A DNA stretch of 64,000 nt, taken from Blastocladiella emersonii ATCC 22665. Its lineage: Eukaryota; Fungi; Blastocladiomycota. Shown here one piece after another: positions 38,291 through 49,179 of this stretch (positions are counted from its first letter, which is position 1; each line of letters opens with the position of its first letter). The notes under the pieces were generated by a model that saw nothing but the letters and a program-made list of their open reading frames with translations, was not told the origin of the DNA and ran no database searches. Where the stretch lies: positions 1,736,001-1,800,000 of the forward strand of contig JANHCV010000007.1 in assembly GCA_025594325.1 (NCBI GenBank), written 5' to 3'. The translations under genes and the position numbers were made by a program.

Positions 38291-38781
38291 AAGAAGTGGC
38301 GGGCGCGATTGTCTGCGAGGGAGAGATCGCGCGCCATGAGCTCCTTGAGCTCGCCGTTGTCAAGCGGGTTGAGCTGCAACGGCGCGGGAGAGGATCTGCA
38401 AGGACCCCCCCCCCCACCAGCGGGCACCCACGGGGAGGACGCAATACTGGTTGACGGGCCGCACGGTCAATGTTGACAAGGCGTGCGCGTGCGTTGGTGT
38501 TGTAGAGGCGCAACAGGATGTTGGGCAGGACGTTGAGGACACTGGGCAGGTGGGCGACAGGAGCGTGTTGAGCCAGTTGGCAAGGATGGGCGAGAGTCGC
38601 TTTTGCAAGAACATGTGGGTGAGCGCGGCTTGAGCGTAGTGCAGGCAAGCGCGACGTAGGTGGGCGCGACGTGAGCGTGGCGCAGGCGCGCGAGACATGG
38701 GCGAACGCGTTGTAGGCAATTGTGACGCAGAGCAGGTGAGCGCAGCGCAGGCGATTGAGGCACAGCGCAGGCGCGGCGTGA

Positions 38782-38862
38782 GCGCGGCGCAGGCAAAGGC
38801 GGCGTAGGCAAACGTGGCGCGGCGCAGGCAAAGGCGGCGTAGGCAAACGTGGCGCGGCGCAG
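38782..38862. repeat. 35-bp perfect tandem repeat x2.3
   Basis: GCGCGGCGCAGGCAAAGGCGGCGTAGGCAAACGTG at 38782 and 38817. Confidence 0.9.
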
Positions 38863-38899
38863 GCGAGCACAGCGTTGGCCAGCGCAGCGTGAGCTTGGG

Positions 38900-39140
38900 C
38901 GTGGAGGTAGTGGCACCAGACGTGGCACGCGTTGAGGTGGCGGTGCCGGCCGCGGAGGTGGATGACGCGGCGGTTGTGCGCAGAGACTATGCAGATGAGC
39001 TTGAGCTTGGAGACTGAGAGTGTGCGCTCGGCCGACTGCAGAGAGCAGGATGCAGAGTTGAAGCAGCGTGGGGAGTTGCGGATACCCTGGAGGTGGGTGG
39101 CGCCAATGCCGACGTACAAGGCGTTGGTGGCAAACGAAGA
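38900..39140 (-). pseudogene. RT-associated RNase H relic
   Basis: VGIGATHLQ...FNSASCSLQSAERTLSVSKLKLICIVSAHNRRVIHLRGRH resembles the GIGAxL...AERNYS..LE...YL.GR motif. Confidence 0.75.
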
Positions 39141-40772
39141 ACAGCTTGGAGTAGTGTTGTTGAGCAGGCGAGGCGCGGTGCGGCGCTGACGACGGCCTTG
39201 ATGGCGAGGAACTGCTAGTACTCGCCTGTCCACGGTGCCGCAGATGTTGGAGTTGACGCGCTTGCAGTCGCGCAGCCCGCCAAGCGGGTGCGTGACGGCC
39301 GAGGCAGAAAGACAACAGGCGAGCTGGGGCGCTCCGGTGGCGTGGAGCCGGCGAGCTCGGCCAATGCGGGGGGAATCGCAGAGCATGGTGTGGGAGAAGC
39401 TGCATGAGGTGCCGTGGAAGACGTTGCTGGGGGTGCTGAAGCAGAAGACGTTGCCAAAGATGTTGAGGATGGATTGTGGGTGGCAGCAGGCGTGGCGACG
39501 CGCCCAGCAGTGGCGGGCCTGACCAAAGGAGCGCAAGGACCTCAGGCGCTATTGCGCGATGATGATGAAGCCGGAGGAGCGCGCAAGGATGACGTCAGCC
39601 CTATTGGGCTGCAATGACGACGTCAGCCCCTGCGAGATGTTGTTGGTGATGGAGGTATCATTATTATGTTGTACGCTATCGCGTGTGTGCAGGGCGGTGC
39701 AGCGCCGACGTTGAGGCCGCAGCAGAGGTTGTAGCGCCACCGCACAAGCGCAAGTGGGGACCATGAGCCGTGCAGGACCCGGACCGCCGTGGATGGACGA
39801 TGAGGACGTCGTGACGCCGCGAGGGGCAGGTACGGGGATCACTTGGGCACATGAGGGTGGCGAGCTGGTCGTGGGGCGGGTGCGTGAGGTGCGCAGGGCG
39901 CGCGCAGCCGATGGTGGCAGGCGGTCGGCAAGGTAGCAGAGACGCGCAGGAGAGTCGAGGCTGAGAACGTGGAGGATGGGGAGCGGGAGGCTGGGCGGGC
40001 GAAACGCGAGGAACTTGAGCGAGAAGAACGTGGGCAGCCAGTGACAGCGCAGGCCAGGTGGCAGCGACAGCAACGGTGCGCAGCCGACCACGGGGTGGTG
40101 GGGGAGGTACACGGCTGGAATTTGAGCAGGCGCGCGAGCGTGACAGAGTGCCGGCGGCCATGGAGCTTGAGGGCGGGCTGGATGCGCACAGCTGGAGGTC
40201 GACGCAAAGGCGCGCAACGGACGGCGGGGGCAGTGGCGGCGACCGACTGCTGCAGGCGTGCAAGCAGGCGACCTGGCGGCCGGGTGCAGCGCCGTGAGGT
40301 GGCAGATGATGTAGATGTTTTGATGTCGTTGGTGTGGTAGATATGGATGTGGGCGGCGGCTGGCGACGGCGGGCCAAGCAGGGCGGGCGCGCGTGGCAGC
40401 AGCTGGCAACAGTGGGCCGAGAGGGGCAAGCGCGCACGGCGGCGCCGCGGCTGCACGAGTAGTAGCCGCCGCGGTTGAGGTTGTTCTTCGTTGTTGTAGT
40501 CAATATGAGCGGGGGCCAGCGATGGCGGGCCGAGCAGGACGAGCGCGCATGGCGTCGCCGCGGCTGCACGAGGCAGCGGCCGCAATGATGAGGGCGAGCG
40601 GCTGCGTCAAAGACGGCGGCGGCGGCGAAGGAACTGGCGGGTGGGCGGGTATGCAGGGCACGGCGGCGAGTACGCGACGCCGTGGCCGAGGATGACAAGG
40701 GCGAGCAACGTGGTCCAGCTATCGCAGGAACCGCACGAAGATGCAAGACGGTGATGCCAGGCACGCGCGACG

Positions 40773-41010
40773 GCGCTGCGGCGATCTGCGCGAGCGGCGG
40801 GCGCAGGCGCAACGGGGAGGGCAGGCGGCCGAGGAAGCGACCAGCACGCGAAGCGCGAGCCGAGGGCCAGCAGTGGCGCCTGCTCGAGGGTGTGCACGGT
40901 GGTGGAGCGCGGGCGCGACAGCGCTGCGGCGATCTGCGCAAGCGGCGGGCGCGGGCGCGACGGGGAGGGCAGGCGGTGGCGCCTGCGCAAGGGTGTGCAC
41001 GGTGGCGGAG
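40773..41010. repeat. ~148-bp imperfect duplication in the gag-side region
   Basis: GCGCTGCGGCGATCTGCGC.AGCGGCGGGCGC.GGCGC.ACGGGGAGGGCAGGCGG at 40773 and 40921. Confidence 0.75.
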
Positions 41011-41519
41011 CGCAGCGAGATAGCCAAGATGCAGACGGCGCGCATTGCAGAGACAGGCAGGCGCGCGGTCCCGAGGGCGCCGAGGGGGAAGAAGAACCCG
41101 TGCGACCAGAGCGGTCGGGTGGGTGGTGGCGAGCAGGGTGGCGAGCACCGTGGCAGACGCACTCAAAACTAGACTAACACACAAGGCGAGCAGCAACGGT
41201 GGCGTACAGTGGCGGGAAACAGCCCGTGACACTGGATGGGCTGCATGGCGGGCAAGGGGGAGACTGAGGCGGCGGCTGACTGCCTCTGAGGCGTTGGGCG
41301 TGCAAAAGCGACTGCACTGGTGCCAGCAGAGTGCGCGCTAAGCGCGGCGCGAGCAGGAGGGCCAGGCGGACGGCGTGGTAGGGGATAGCACAAGGCGAGC
41401 GCCGTGTTGCACAAGAAACCGAGAGCTTGAAGGAGAAGAAAAAAAACGGACCAGGCCAGATGGCGGGCAGCGTCTGAGTGGTAGAGAGGGTGATGGGAGG
41501 TTTGGATGCCATGAGGACA

Positions 41520-41527
41520 ACTAGCTG
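41520..41527 (-). promoter_or_regulatory. Candidate self-priming primer-binding site
   Basis: Minus-strand CAGCTAGT, 7 nt past the 5' LTR, is complementary to ACTAGCTG inside the LTR (41575-41582). No TGG tRNA-type PBS is present. Confidence 0.55.
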
Positions 41528-41534
41528 AAAAAAA

Positions 41535-41745
41535 TGCAGCGTGGCGAGGAGGGGGACACGAGGAGACCACGATACAGCTAGTCAGGGATGTGTATTCCTG
41601 CCTCCGGCCCCAAACCCAAGGCGGGGTGAGGGGAGCGTGGATGCAAATGCTGGGAGCGCCGCTGTGGGCAGCAGGCGGCGCAGGAACAGGTGCGCGGTCG
41701 GTCACATGCGACCAGGTGGCTGGTTGCCACACGCGTCGGTTAACA
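41535..41745 (-). repeat. 5' LTR (211 bp)
   Basis: TGCAGCG...GGTTAACA; direct repeat of 36313-36523. Confidence 0.95.
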
Positions 41746-42431
41746 GAACCGTGAGCGAGCGGGCCATGACGGGCTCAAACTGGAAAAAGTTGCCAAACGC
41801 AAGGATGTGCAGGTTGCCAAACGGACGGTGGTCGTGGCTTGGGTATAGCGCGTCGAAGCGCAAGTGCATTGCGGCGAACAGCTTGGCGCCGACCATGGAG
41901 ATCTCGTCAATAAGGACAAACTTGACGGAGCAAAACGAGCCCTCGAGCTCGGCCTTGCCACTCCACCCCCACCCCGTCACAGCGGCTGGCATCTGCTCAG
42001 ATCAGCTAATGTCCTCGCTCTTTTCACTCTTCGCGCGACAGATCACCCAAAAAAAAATATATAATCCAGAACACTTCTGTGCATCAACGCCCCGCGCAGC
42101 GGATCAGCCCTGCGCAGCAGTGGGGAGGGGGGGCCCAGGGGGGAGGGTCTCCCTCCCTCCGGCGTCAAGAAAGTCAGTTCAACTACTCAATCACGGCTTA
42201 TATTCAGGATCGTTCGGATCGAGGATTGCAGCGTCGTTGAGTGGCTCAATATTCGGCAAGCTCCGCGGCCCTGTTGGCCCGCTCAATTTCGCAGTACTGC
42301 CGATCGTACGCCTTCCTCTGCTCCTTCTTCTCTGCAAAGTAGGCCTTGCGCCCAGCTTCATCCATTGCATCAAGTTTGCGCTTCAGCGTGTTCGTCTCCA
42401 TGGCGGGGGATTGCATTTTTTGGGGTGGCAA
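41746..42431 (-). mobile_element. Helitron copy 2, N-terminal half (helicase motifs II-III and upstream relic)
   Basis: VKFVLIDEISMVGAKLFAAMHLRFDAL...FGNLHILAFGNFFQFEPV. It continues into 36312 once the LTR element is removed. Confidence 0.88.
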
Positions 42432-44835
42432 ACGGAGCGAGAGGAGTGACGTCAGTGGCGCGTCGAGCTATCCAGGTCGTGCCCCCGTGCCCACCTCGCC
42501 ATGGACGAGCATGAGGAGCTGCTTGATGTCAGCGTCGCCCCGCTTGATGGCATCGAGGAGGGTGTGCGGCGACATGCGCTGAGCTGCGGAGCACGCTCAC
42601 ACGCTCCGCTACCGCCAGGTGGGTCGAGATTTGGGGCAGCCGGGTTGGAGGGTTCTCGGCCTTGGGCCGGTCTCCCTGCCAGCCTCCCTGCCTCTGCGCG
42701 CGCCCAGCCCCATAGGTTTTTCTCCTGTTGTGCTGCCGTTCGTGAGCTCTGTTTGGTGACTGTGTGGTGACAATGAGTCGTTTTTTTTTTTTTTTGTCTT
42801 TCCTTTGCATTTTTCCTCCTCTAGCACGTGAATACACCTGGGCGAATTTTCAAAAAAAAAAAAAAAGCTTGATGGCATCAAGCGTCAACTCGACGTGCTC
42901 GACGACGCGGCGCTGCTCGACGTTGACATCGGGAAATGGGGGGTCACCCCGCTGCAGTGGATCACGAAGATCTTCCTAGATCACTATGATCTACAAAGAT
43001 CTTAGCCCTGCGGAAATCTAGCCCCACTTGACCAGTCCGGAGTGGTTCCGCTCGTGAAGATCTTGGCACCTGACATAGATCTACAAGTAATCTATGGTGC
43101 TCGACCACAAATCTAGGAAGGAGTCGAGCGCTTGCACTTGCGCAGCGAATGACTTTGAGACAAAACTCGCGCGGCGCGTCCTTGACTCTCAACTCGCAAC
43201 ACCGATCATCGCTGCCTTTGTCCTCCATAGTCGCGTTTGGAATAAATCAAGCAGTTCACTTGACTATGTCTCAGTCGTGCATCAGCGCGTCGCACAGGCG
43301 GGTCGGGAGAACTGTGGTTCAAGTGAGCAAACAGGGAGCACCACACATGCAGTGTGACCAACGAAGTGGGAAGGGGAGAGGGCCAGGGGCATTGATTCCC
43401 TTGAGGCGGTGTGCAGGATCGGCGTCAAGGAACGTGAAAATGGAGCTGTTGAAGAGCTGTACGGGCACGACAGGGATCAAGGTTGCGGGTGCCTGCCAGT
43501 GTGCCTTCAAGCGGGAGCGAGGTCGTAAGCAGGCGTGATCACGACGTTGTGGCGCTGCCAACAATCCTGCAGGACGGATCAGCGAGTTCCATCTCGCACA
43601 TCTCACCACGTAGCAGGTCGGGCAGAGCAGCGACGGCCAGGATCCACAGCTGTTTTGAGATCGTTTGACCACGGAACCACGCGGCAAGGGAGTTGCAGCG
43701 TGTCAGTGATGAGATCTTCAGACCTGCGTTGTGTATGCTTGACAAGAGGGGAGGAGGCATGGTCCAACGCAACGCGGTGAACCTGCCAAGCAAGGCGGTG
43801 GTCAAGCGCACGTGAGGATCGGTGGCGTTTGTTTTGGGCGAAGTCCTTTGCTTGGTTGCCACCGCCGACCGCCCACCCTCGCCGCCGCCGACTTCCTCTC
43901 TCCTCCCCCACCACTCGCCCTTCCCCCCAAATCCCCTACAACGCATCCAACTCCATGCACTTGCTCCAGGACTGCATCAGGCACATCGCCATGGCCTGCG
44001 CCGGGTACGAGACAGACCCTCCCTGCGCCATTGTGTGCACGCCACCTTGCCACCTCGCACGGCCGCCACCAACTGCTGCCTCACGCCGCACCGCTGATCG
44101 TCGCATCGGCCTGCCCTCGCTGACGCTTTGTTCGTGCACTCGCTGTCCAGGTCCCGCTGCTTCTGATGCTGCACGCCCAAGTTGCGTGACGACACCTATA
44201 CAACTTGCGGTCTCCCTGATCACTGCTGACGCCGGCGACGTGGCCGCCCTCGTCAATCCCGGTGTCGTGCCCTTTGTCAAGCTCGCAACAGCGTGCAGCC
44301 GCAAGCACGTGGCACTGCGTGTCGTTCTCAGCTGTAGCTTTAGCAAAGCTGAGTTTCTGTGGGAGCAATTGAAACCTATCAGGCATATCAACCTTGCTCT
44401 TGTGGTCACATGAGTGGCTCAGTGACCGTTTTCGATTTTTGTCGCGCAACGAGTTCCGTTGTTTTTCGCTTTCACTTCATTCCGACCCCTGCAACGTAAA
44501 TCTGGACTGTGCTTTGCCTAGTCCCCAACAGTTCGAGGCTGTTCACTTCGAGGGGAGCGAGGTCCTGTGCAGCGGTTCCCGTGCGCAGGCGCGACAAGAC
44601 GGACCTCGCTTGAAACTGACTGTTCAGCATCACGTGACCTGACATCAATCCTGTCTGGCTGCATTTTCGCGCCCTTGGAAGCTCTCCCACTCCACGCCCG
44701 CTCGCTCGCGCTTGCCGCTGCTCGTTGACGCTCTTTGAGACCTCCTGTGCTGACCAGCTCTTTACCCGCCACTCCTACCCCATGCAGCGCTTAATACTTC
44801 GCGATCCGGCGTCTGCCTGGCCGCCATGCGGCCAC

Positions 44836-44842
44836 ATATAAA
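44836..44842 (+). promoter_or_regulatory. TATA box (TATAAA) ~55 nt upstream of cargo gene A
   Basis: CATATAAAGG followed by a pyrimidine-rich leader and CACCATG. Confidence 0.55.
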
Positions 44843-44895
44843 GGCGCGCGGGCCGCCGCTGACAGTCCTTGCTCTCCTCTACCACTCGCAACACC

Positions 44896-46426
44896 ATGAA
44901 CTTCTCTCCCACGTTCTCGCTGCGCTGCTCGTTGCGCTTCACGGTTCTCTCCAAGCTTTGTCTCCGCCGTCAAGCCCCTTCCTCTTCTTCAACATTGAGA
45001 TCCCTGTCCACTACTCGCCTGGTGTTCCCCTCATCAACGCCAACGCCTCGACCAATCCGCTCGGCTTGCTGCAGGCCACGGCTGCCGCGTACCGCGGCAG
45101 CCTGCTTGTTGGCAACTTGTACAAGGCCAACGGCTTCATCAAGATTGACGTGTGCCCGTCCGTGACGGCTCCAACCTTTGACGCCCCCAAGACGCTCGTG
45201 TTCTACCCGGTCGCTTCCAGCCTGCTCGGTCAACTTGACCCCGCCATCCGCTACCCCGACCCCGCAATCATCAGCGGCCTGTTCACCTTTGGTTTGGTCG
45301 TCCTCATTGATTTGTTCCCTCACCGCGCTCACACACATCTCCCACTTCTAGGCGGCGGCAAGACGTTCGCCATGTGCCAACCCACGCTTGAACTGGCCCA
45401 GCCCATGACCATCATGAATGGCACGTTGCAGTTCCTCAACCCGATGCACCGTGGCCAGCCTGCTCCCCGCGCAACCACATGGTCCATGAGCTGTGTGATC
45501 CCGACCAACCGGTACGTCCTGATCCGCTGTTTGACTCTTCTGCGAATCTTCTCACTCACAAATCGATGTGCAGTGTGCATGGCAGTAAGGGCCTGTGGGT
45601 GACAGGCAAGACCATGCTTGTCTCTGGCCCGCTGTTCTGCGGCTTCGAGGGTGCGGCTAACGACAACCACTTCACCATGTCCTCGTCCGTCGCCTTCTTC
45701 ATCACCAAGATGCGGTCAGTCGCCACTGCGACGGCTCCGCCTCCTTTGCAGGGCCCCAACGGTCCGCCCATGTTCACGGCCGGTCCCTCGTCGCCCGCCA
45801 AGATGGTTCCCGGCGCTGCGGCCGCGCCCGCTGCGCTCGTCCCGCTCATGGCCGCGTGCACCACCTGCTCGCCGACTTCCACCTCGGCGTCCGTCAACGC
45901 GCCGTCGGGCGGCACCACGTTGGGCAGCACCACGTCCGGCAGCGCCACAACGCCGTCGGGACCTGCGGCGTCGGCCATCGTCCAGGAGCTTGACATCAAC
46001 CTGCAGGAGTGGGACGACGTCGGCAGCGAGTCCGACATGACCGTGGTTCCCGCGTCGTCGTCCGCCGTGACCAAGAACAAGAACATCACCAAGATCGTCG
46101 TCGACTCGGAGGCCGATGAGGAGGTCGACGCCAACGAGGAGGAGAGCGAGTGCAAGTCGGGCCCGTCGTCGTTGTCAAGCCGCGCGCGCAAGATGGCCAC
46201 CAAGGCCAAGGGCTGCGACAAGAACAAGACGGTCAAGACCCCGCCGGCCTCGCCCACCAAGCGTACCCGCACGTCAGCCGTCAAGGGCAAGTCCGGCGCT
46301 GCCGTCCCTGCCGCCCAAGACAACGACGAGGCCGACGACGACGACTTGGCGACCCCGCCGGCCTCGCCAACCAAGCGCGCGCGTTGCGGTCCCGCCAAGG
46401 GCAAGGGCAAGGACCGCTCGGCCTGA
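44896..46426 (+). CDS. Cargo gene A: beta-rich N-terminal domain plus acidic/basic disordered tail, ~4 exons
   Basis: Frame-preserving introns at 45292-45351 and 45512-45573, plus a probable first intron at ~44913-44973 with a weak donor. The tail carries TPPASPTKR twice. Confidence 0.65.
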
Positions 46427-46594
46427 TCCTGATCCTGTTCCTTCCTTCGTTTCTTTCGAAAATACTTCCGCTGTCTGATATATTCCAAACTCTTTTTCTT
46501 CCAACTGGTTACTACTCGAATTTGTGAGGTGCTCGTCGACTGGCGAGCTCAAAGAGTTTACCCCTGAACTCTGAGAACGCGTTTCAAAGACGCG

Positions 46595-46853
46595 TTGCGT
46601 GACGCGTCGCGTCGGCGCTCGCGTTCGTGTTCTCACAACAATGACCCTGAACAAGGTCATTGCCGACTTCGGCGACCCCAAGCTCCCGCATCGTTTTCCT
46701 GCCCGGTACCCGTACATGGTCCTCTCTCGAGCGCGCAGGACCGAGGACATCCTCATCATCCAGTTCAACAGTCGGGTTCTTGTGCAGAAGGCATTACAGC
46801 ACGTGGCGAAGGACATGGAGCGACTGTCCCTGCTGAGCAGGATTGAGAATTGA
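46595..46853 (+). pseudogene. PIF1-type helicase C-terminal relic with internal deletion
   Basis: VGARVRVLT joined directly to MTLNKVIADF...YPYMVLSRARRTEDILI. Confidence 0.8.
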
Positions 46854-46946
46854 TAAACTACTTCACTTTCACCAACTGAAACAGTCTCAAGAAGCCAAGT
46901 AAAGCTACAGCTGAGACCCAAGTGTGTGCGCAGCACACACACCTAG

Positions 46947-47724
46947 TTGCCGTGATCGAGGTCCCGTACAACGTGCGGCGCGCGCGTCAACGGTGCCCAG
47001 CAACCGCAAGTACGAGGTTCTGCTCGGTATCACTTTTGACCTGACCCGCTGGACAACACGGTACGTGTGCGGCCGTCCGCGTCAGGCTGCCACCCGACCA
47101 GCGATCTGACCCTGACCGCCCCGCCTACAGAACCTACGTCCGTGACATTATCAAGCTGCTCGCCCACGGCACCCTCTCGTGCACCCTAGGCGACCGGCCC
47201 CCCTCCTCGAATCGTACGTGCTCTCTTTGCGTGTTTGGCCGCGCGCGCTAACGCCACCGCTGGCCGACGTAGCAAGGCTGCTCGGGCCGCTCCTGTTCGC
47301 CGTCGTGGATCGACTCGCGCCTCACCGCACGCCCGTCGACATGGTCGCGTGCATCATGGTGTGCCTCATCAAGCTGGTACGCGTCACGCACAATCTTCAC
47401 TCGCTTTGTAGCTCACACTTGGGCGCGCCTGTGTAGATTGCTCCCGTGGTCCAGTCGTACGTGCAGGGGTCGGCGGCGCCCATTATGGATGTCAACATGT
47501 TCCGCCGCAGCTACTTCTGCTCGCTGGTCTCGATCATCGAGCGCCGCCAAACCGCTTGCCCGCTCGTCCGCATGATCACGGAGGAGGTCCAGCGCCGGTC
47601 GTTCACCAAGTCCACCGCTGCTGCCGCTGCCGCTGCGACCGCAGCCTCGGCGGCGGGTGCCCTAGGCGCGAGTCCGTACGAAGTCGCGCTGGATAGTGAC
47701 GACGACGACGATGACGACGCGTAG
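46947..47724 (+). CDS. Cargo gene B: 4 in-frame exons, 5' end missing or unrecognised, acidic tail
   Basis: Canonical introns join IEVPYNV..WTTR|TYVRDIIKLL..SSN|PRLLGPLLFAVV..LIKL|IAPVVQSY..DSDDDDDDDA*. Confidence 0.55.
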
Positions 47725-49179
47725 ATTTGATGCACAATACAGATCTGTTTCTCACTCATCGAACTCTCCCGTTGTGTGCTGAGACCTCTCGCTTGGCGAA
47801 GATCGCTTGAAAATCTCACAGATCTCCTCAGCGGCGGGGAATCTACGTTCGCTGCGAAGATCTATCGGTCTGAACGGAGTCGAGCTCAGCCGGACGGGAG
47901 GCATCGATCTATGGTGAGATCTATAGAAAACATAGGTTTGCAGTGGATTTCTACCTAGATCTTTCCCAGCTATTTTGGCCCCCGAAACCCTCAGATCTAT
48001 GAGAGATCTAGCTGGATCTCTTCGAGAACTTAACCCCCAATTTCCCACTGCGGTTCATGTCACCAAAGAGCGCTTCGTTTCAGCGTAGCTTAACGCCGAT
48101 ACGAGAAACGGATGTCGCCCAGCCTCGCTGAAAATCGTTCTCCGTAGCCAGCGCCAGGCGCTCGAAGGAGCGAAGCGTGCATTTGACGAAATAGAGCCGT
48201 TAGTGGGCCGCTGAGCGTGACGACGATCCCGAGAGACATGATGCAGCCAGTCCCAAGCACTTTCGAGCGAGAGTATACATGGTCTATAAGTGCGTGCGGA
48301 GATCCAGCGTGCGCGGCAGTTGAAGCGTACAGGTGCAGGGTGCGAGAGGAAGGTTGAGCACGATGCACGGAAGGCTGAGGAGATGACGGAGATGGTGATG
48401 GACACGGCGAAGGAGGTAGACGCAGAAGGGAGGAAAGGGTGTATAACGACGGCTAATAGTAGCAGCGATCCAGAACAAAACCAGAGGGAGCGGAGACGCT
48501 CGCTTGAGGTGAGCGTGCGACCCCGCGGCGAGGCAGTCCGCCGGCGGTGACTGGAAGTGTGGCGCCGCCGGCGCGTGCCACTCGCGTGATTGCCCGACGC
48601 GTCTCTCGCGGTCGGGCCAGCGTGCGCGTGTGTACTTGAACTGCGGCGGTGACTCGACGCCTTGACCGCGACACCGCACGTGCGGTCGTCACTCAAGTGC
48701 GCCGATCGCACGACTCGACTCGCACTTCGCTCACCGCTCGTAGGCGACCTCTCACACAGTCGCACACTTTCGAAGACTGAGAGAGGCTTCTCGATCCGCG
48801 AGTCCCCTACGCGATCACCGTCGCGCGCTCGTCCGAGTCCGCGCCGCGAGACGCGCTGCGCCACCATCTGATCCGCCTGATGCCCGACGCCCTGCCCGAC
48901 GCCACCCGACCCAACCGTTTTGCTCTGTTTCTTCCGGCGGCGCCACGCCCTGCCCATCAGATAGCGCAAGCGTCGCGTTCCTGTTCCGTGTTTCCGAGCT
49001 TCGCGTCGCCGTCGCCGGGCCCGAGTTCGTCCGACGCTTCTATTCTGGCACTCGCCGCTGACCAACCTCGAGGTGACCGTTGCGGTCCACCTGGCCATAC
49101 AAAAGGCGGGGGCGGGGCCTCGTTCAGGTCCCCGCTCTCTCAACGAACCTCGAAGCAGCAACGTAACATTACGATCATC

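Larger units (their letters stand above)
36313..41745 (-). mobile_element. Ty3/gypsy (chromovirus/Tf1-sushi-like) LTR retroelement, internally degenerate, flanked by 5-bp TSD GAACC
   Basis: 211-bp direct repeats with TG...CA ends. GAACC at 36308-36312 and 41746-41750. Minus-strand RNase H and integrase relics, PPT present. Confidence 0.93.
42931..48046. mobile_element. Putative DNA element bounded by a 16-bp imperfect inverted repeat and subterminal (A)GATCT arrays
   Basis: GGGAAATGGGGGGTCA (42931) versus the reverse complement of 48031-48046, GGGAAATTGGGGGTTA (14/16). About 10 GATC/AATCT motifs at 42959-43115 and about 13 at 47722-48020. No TSD found. Confidence 0.55.

Noticed and set aside
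36715-38862. Repeat arrays as CRISPR
   Set aside because: The units are contiguous tandem duplications without unique spacers, in a eukaryotic retroelement.
42781-42884. T-run/A-run pair and the hairpin GCTTGATG-G-CATCAAGC as a Helitron terminus or terminator
   Set aside because: Position and spacing do not fit the TC...hairpin-CTRR pattern, and homopolymers are common in this island.
42920-48056. Target-site duplication around the AGATCT-array element
   Set aside because: The flanks (..TTGACATC / ACTGCGGT..) share no direct repeat of 2-9 bp.
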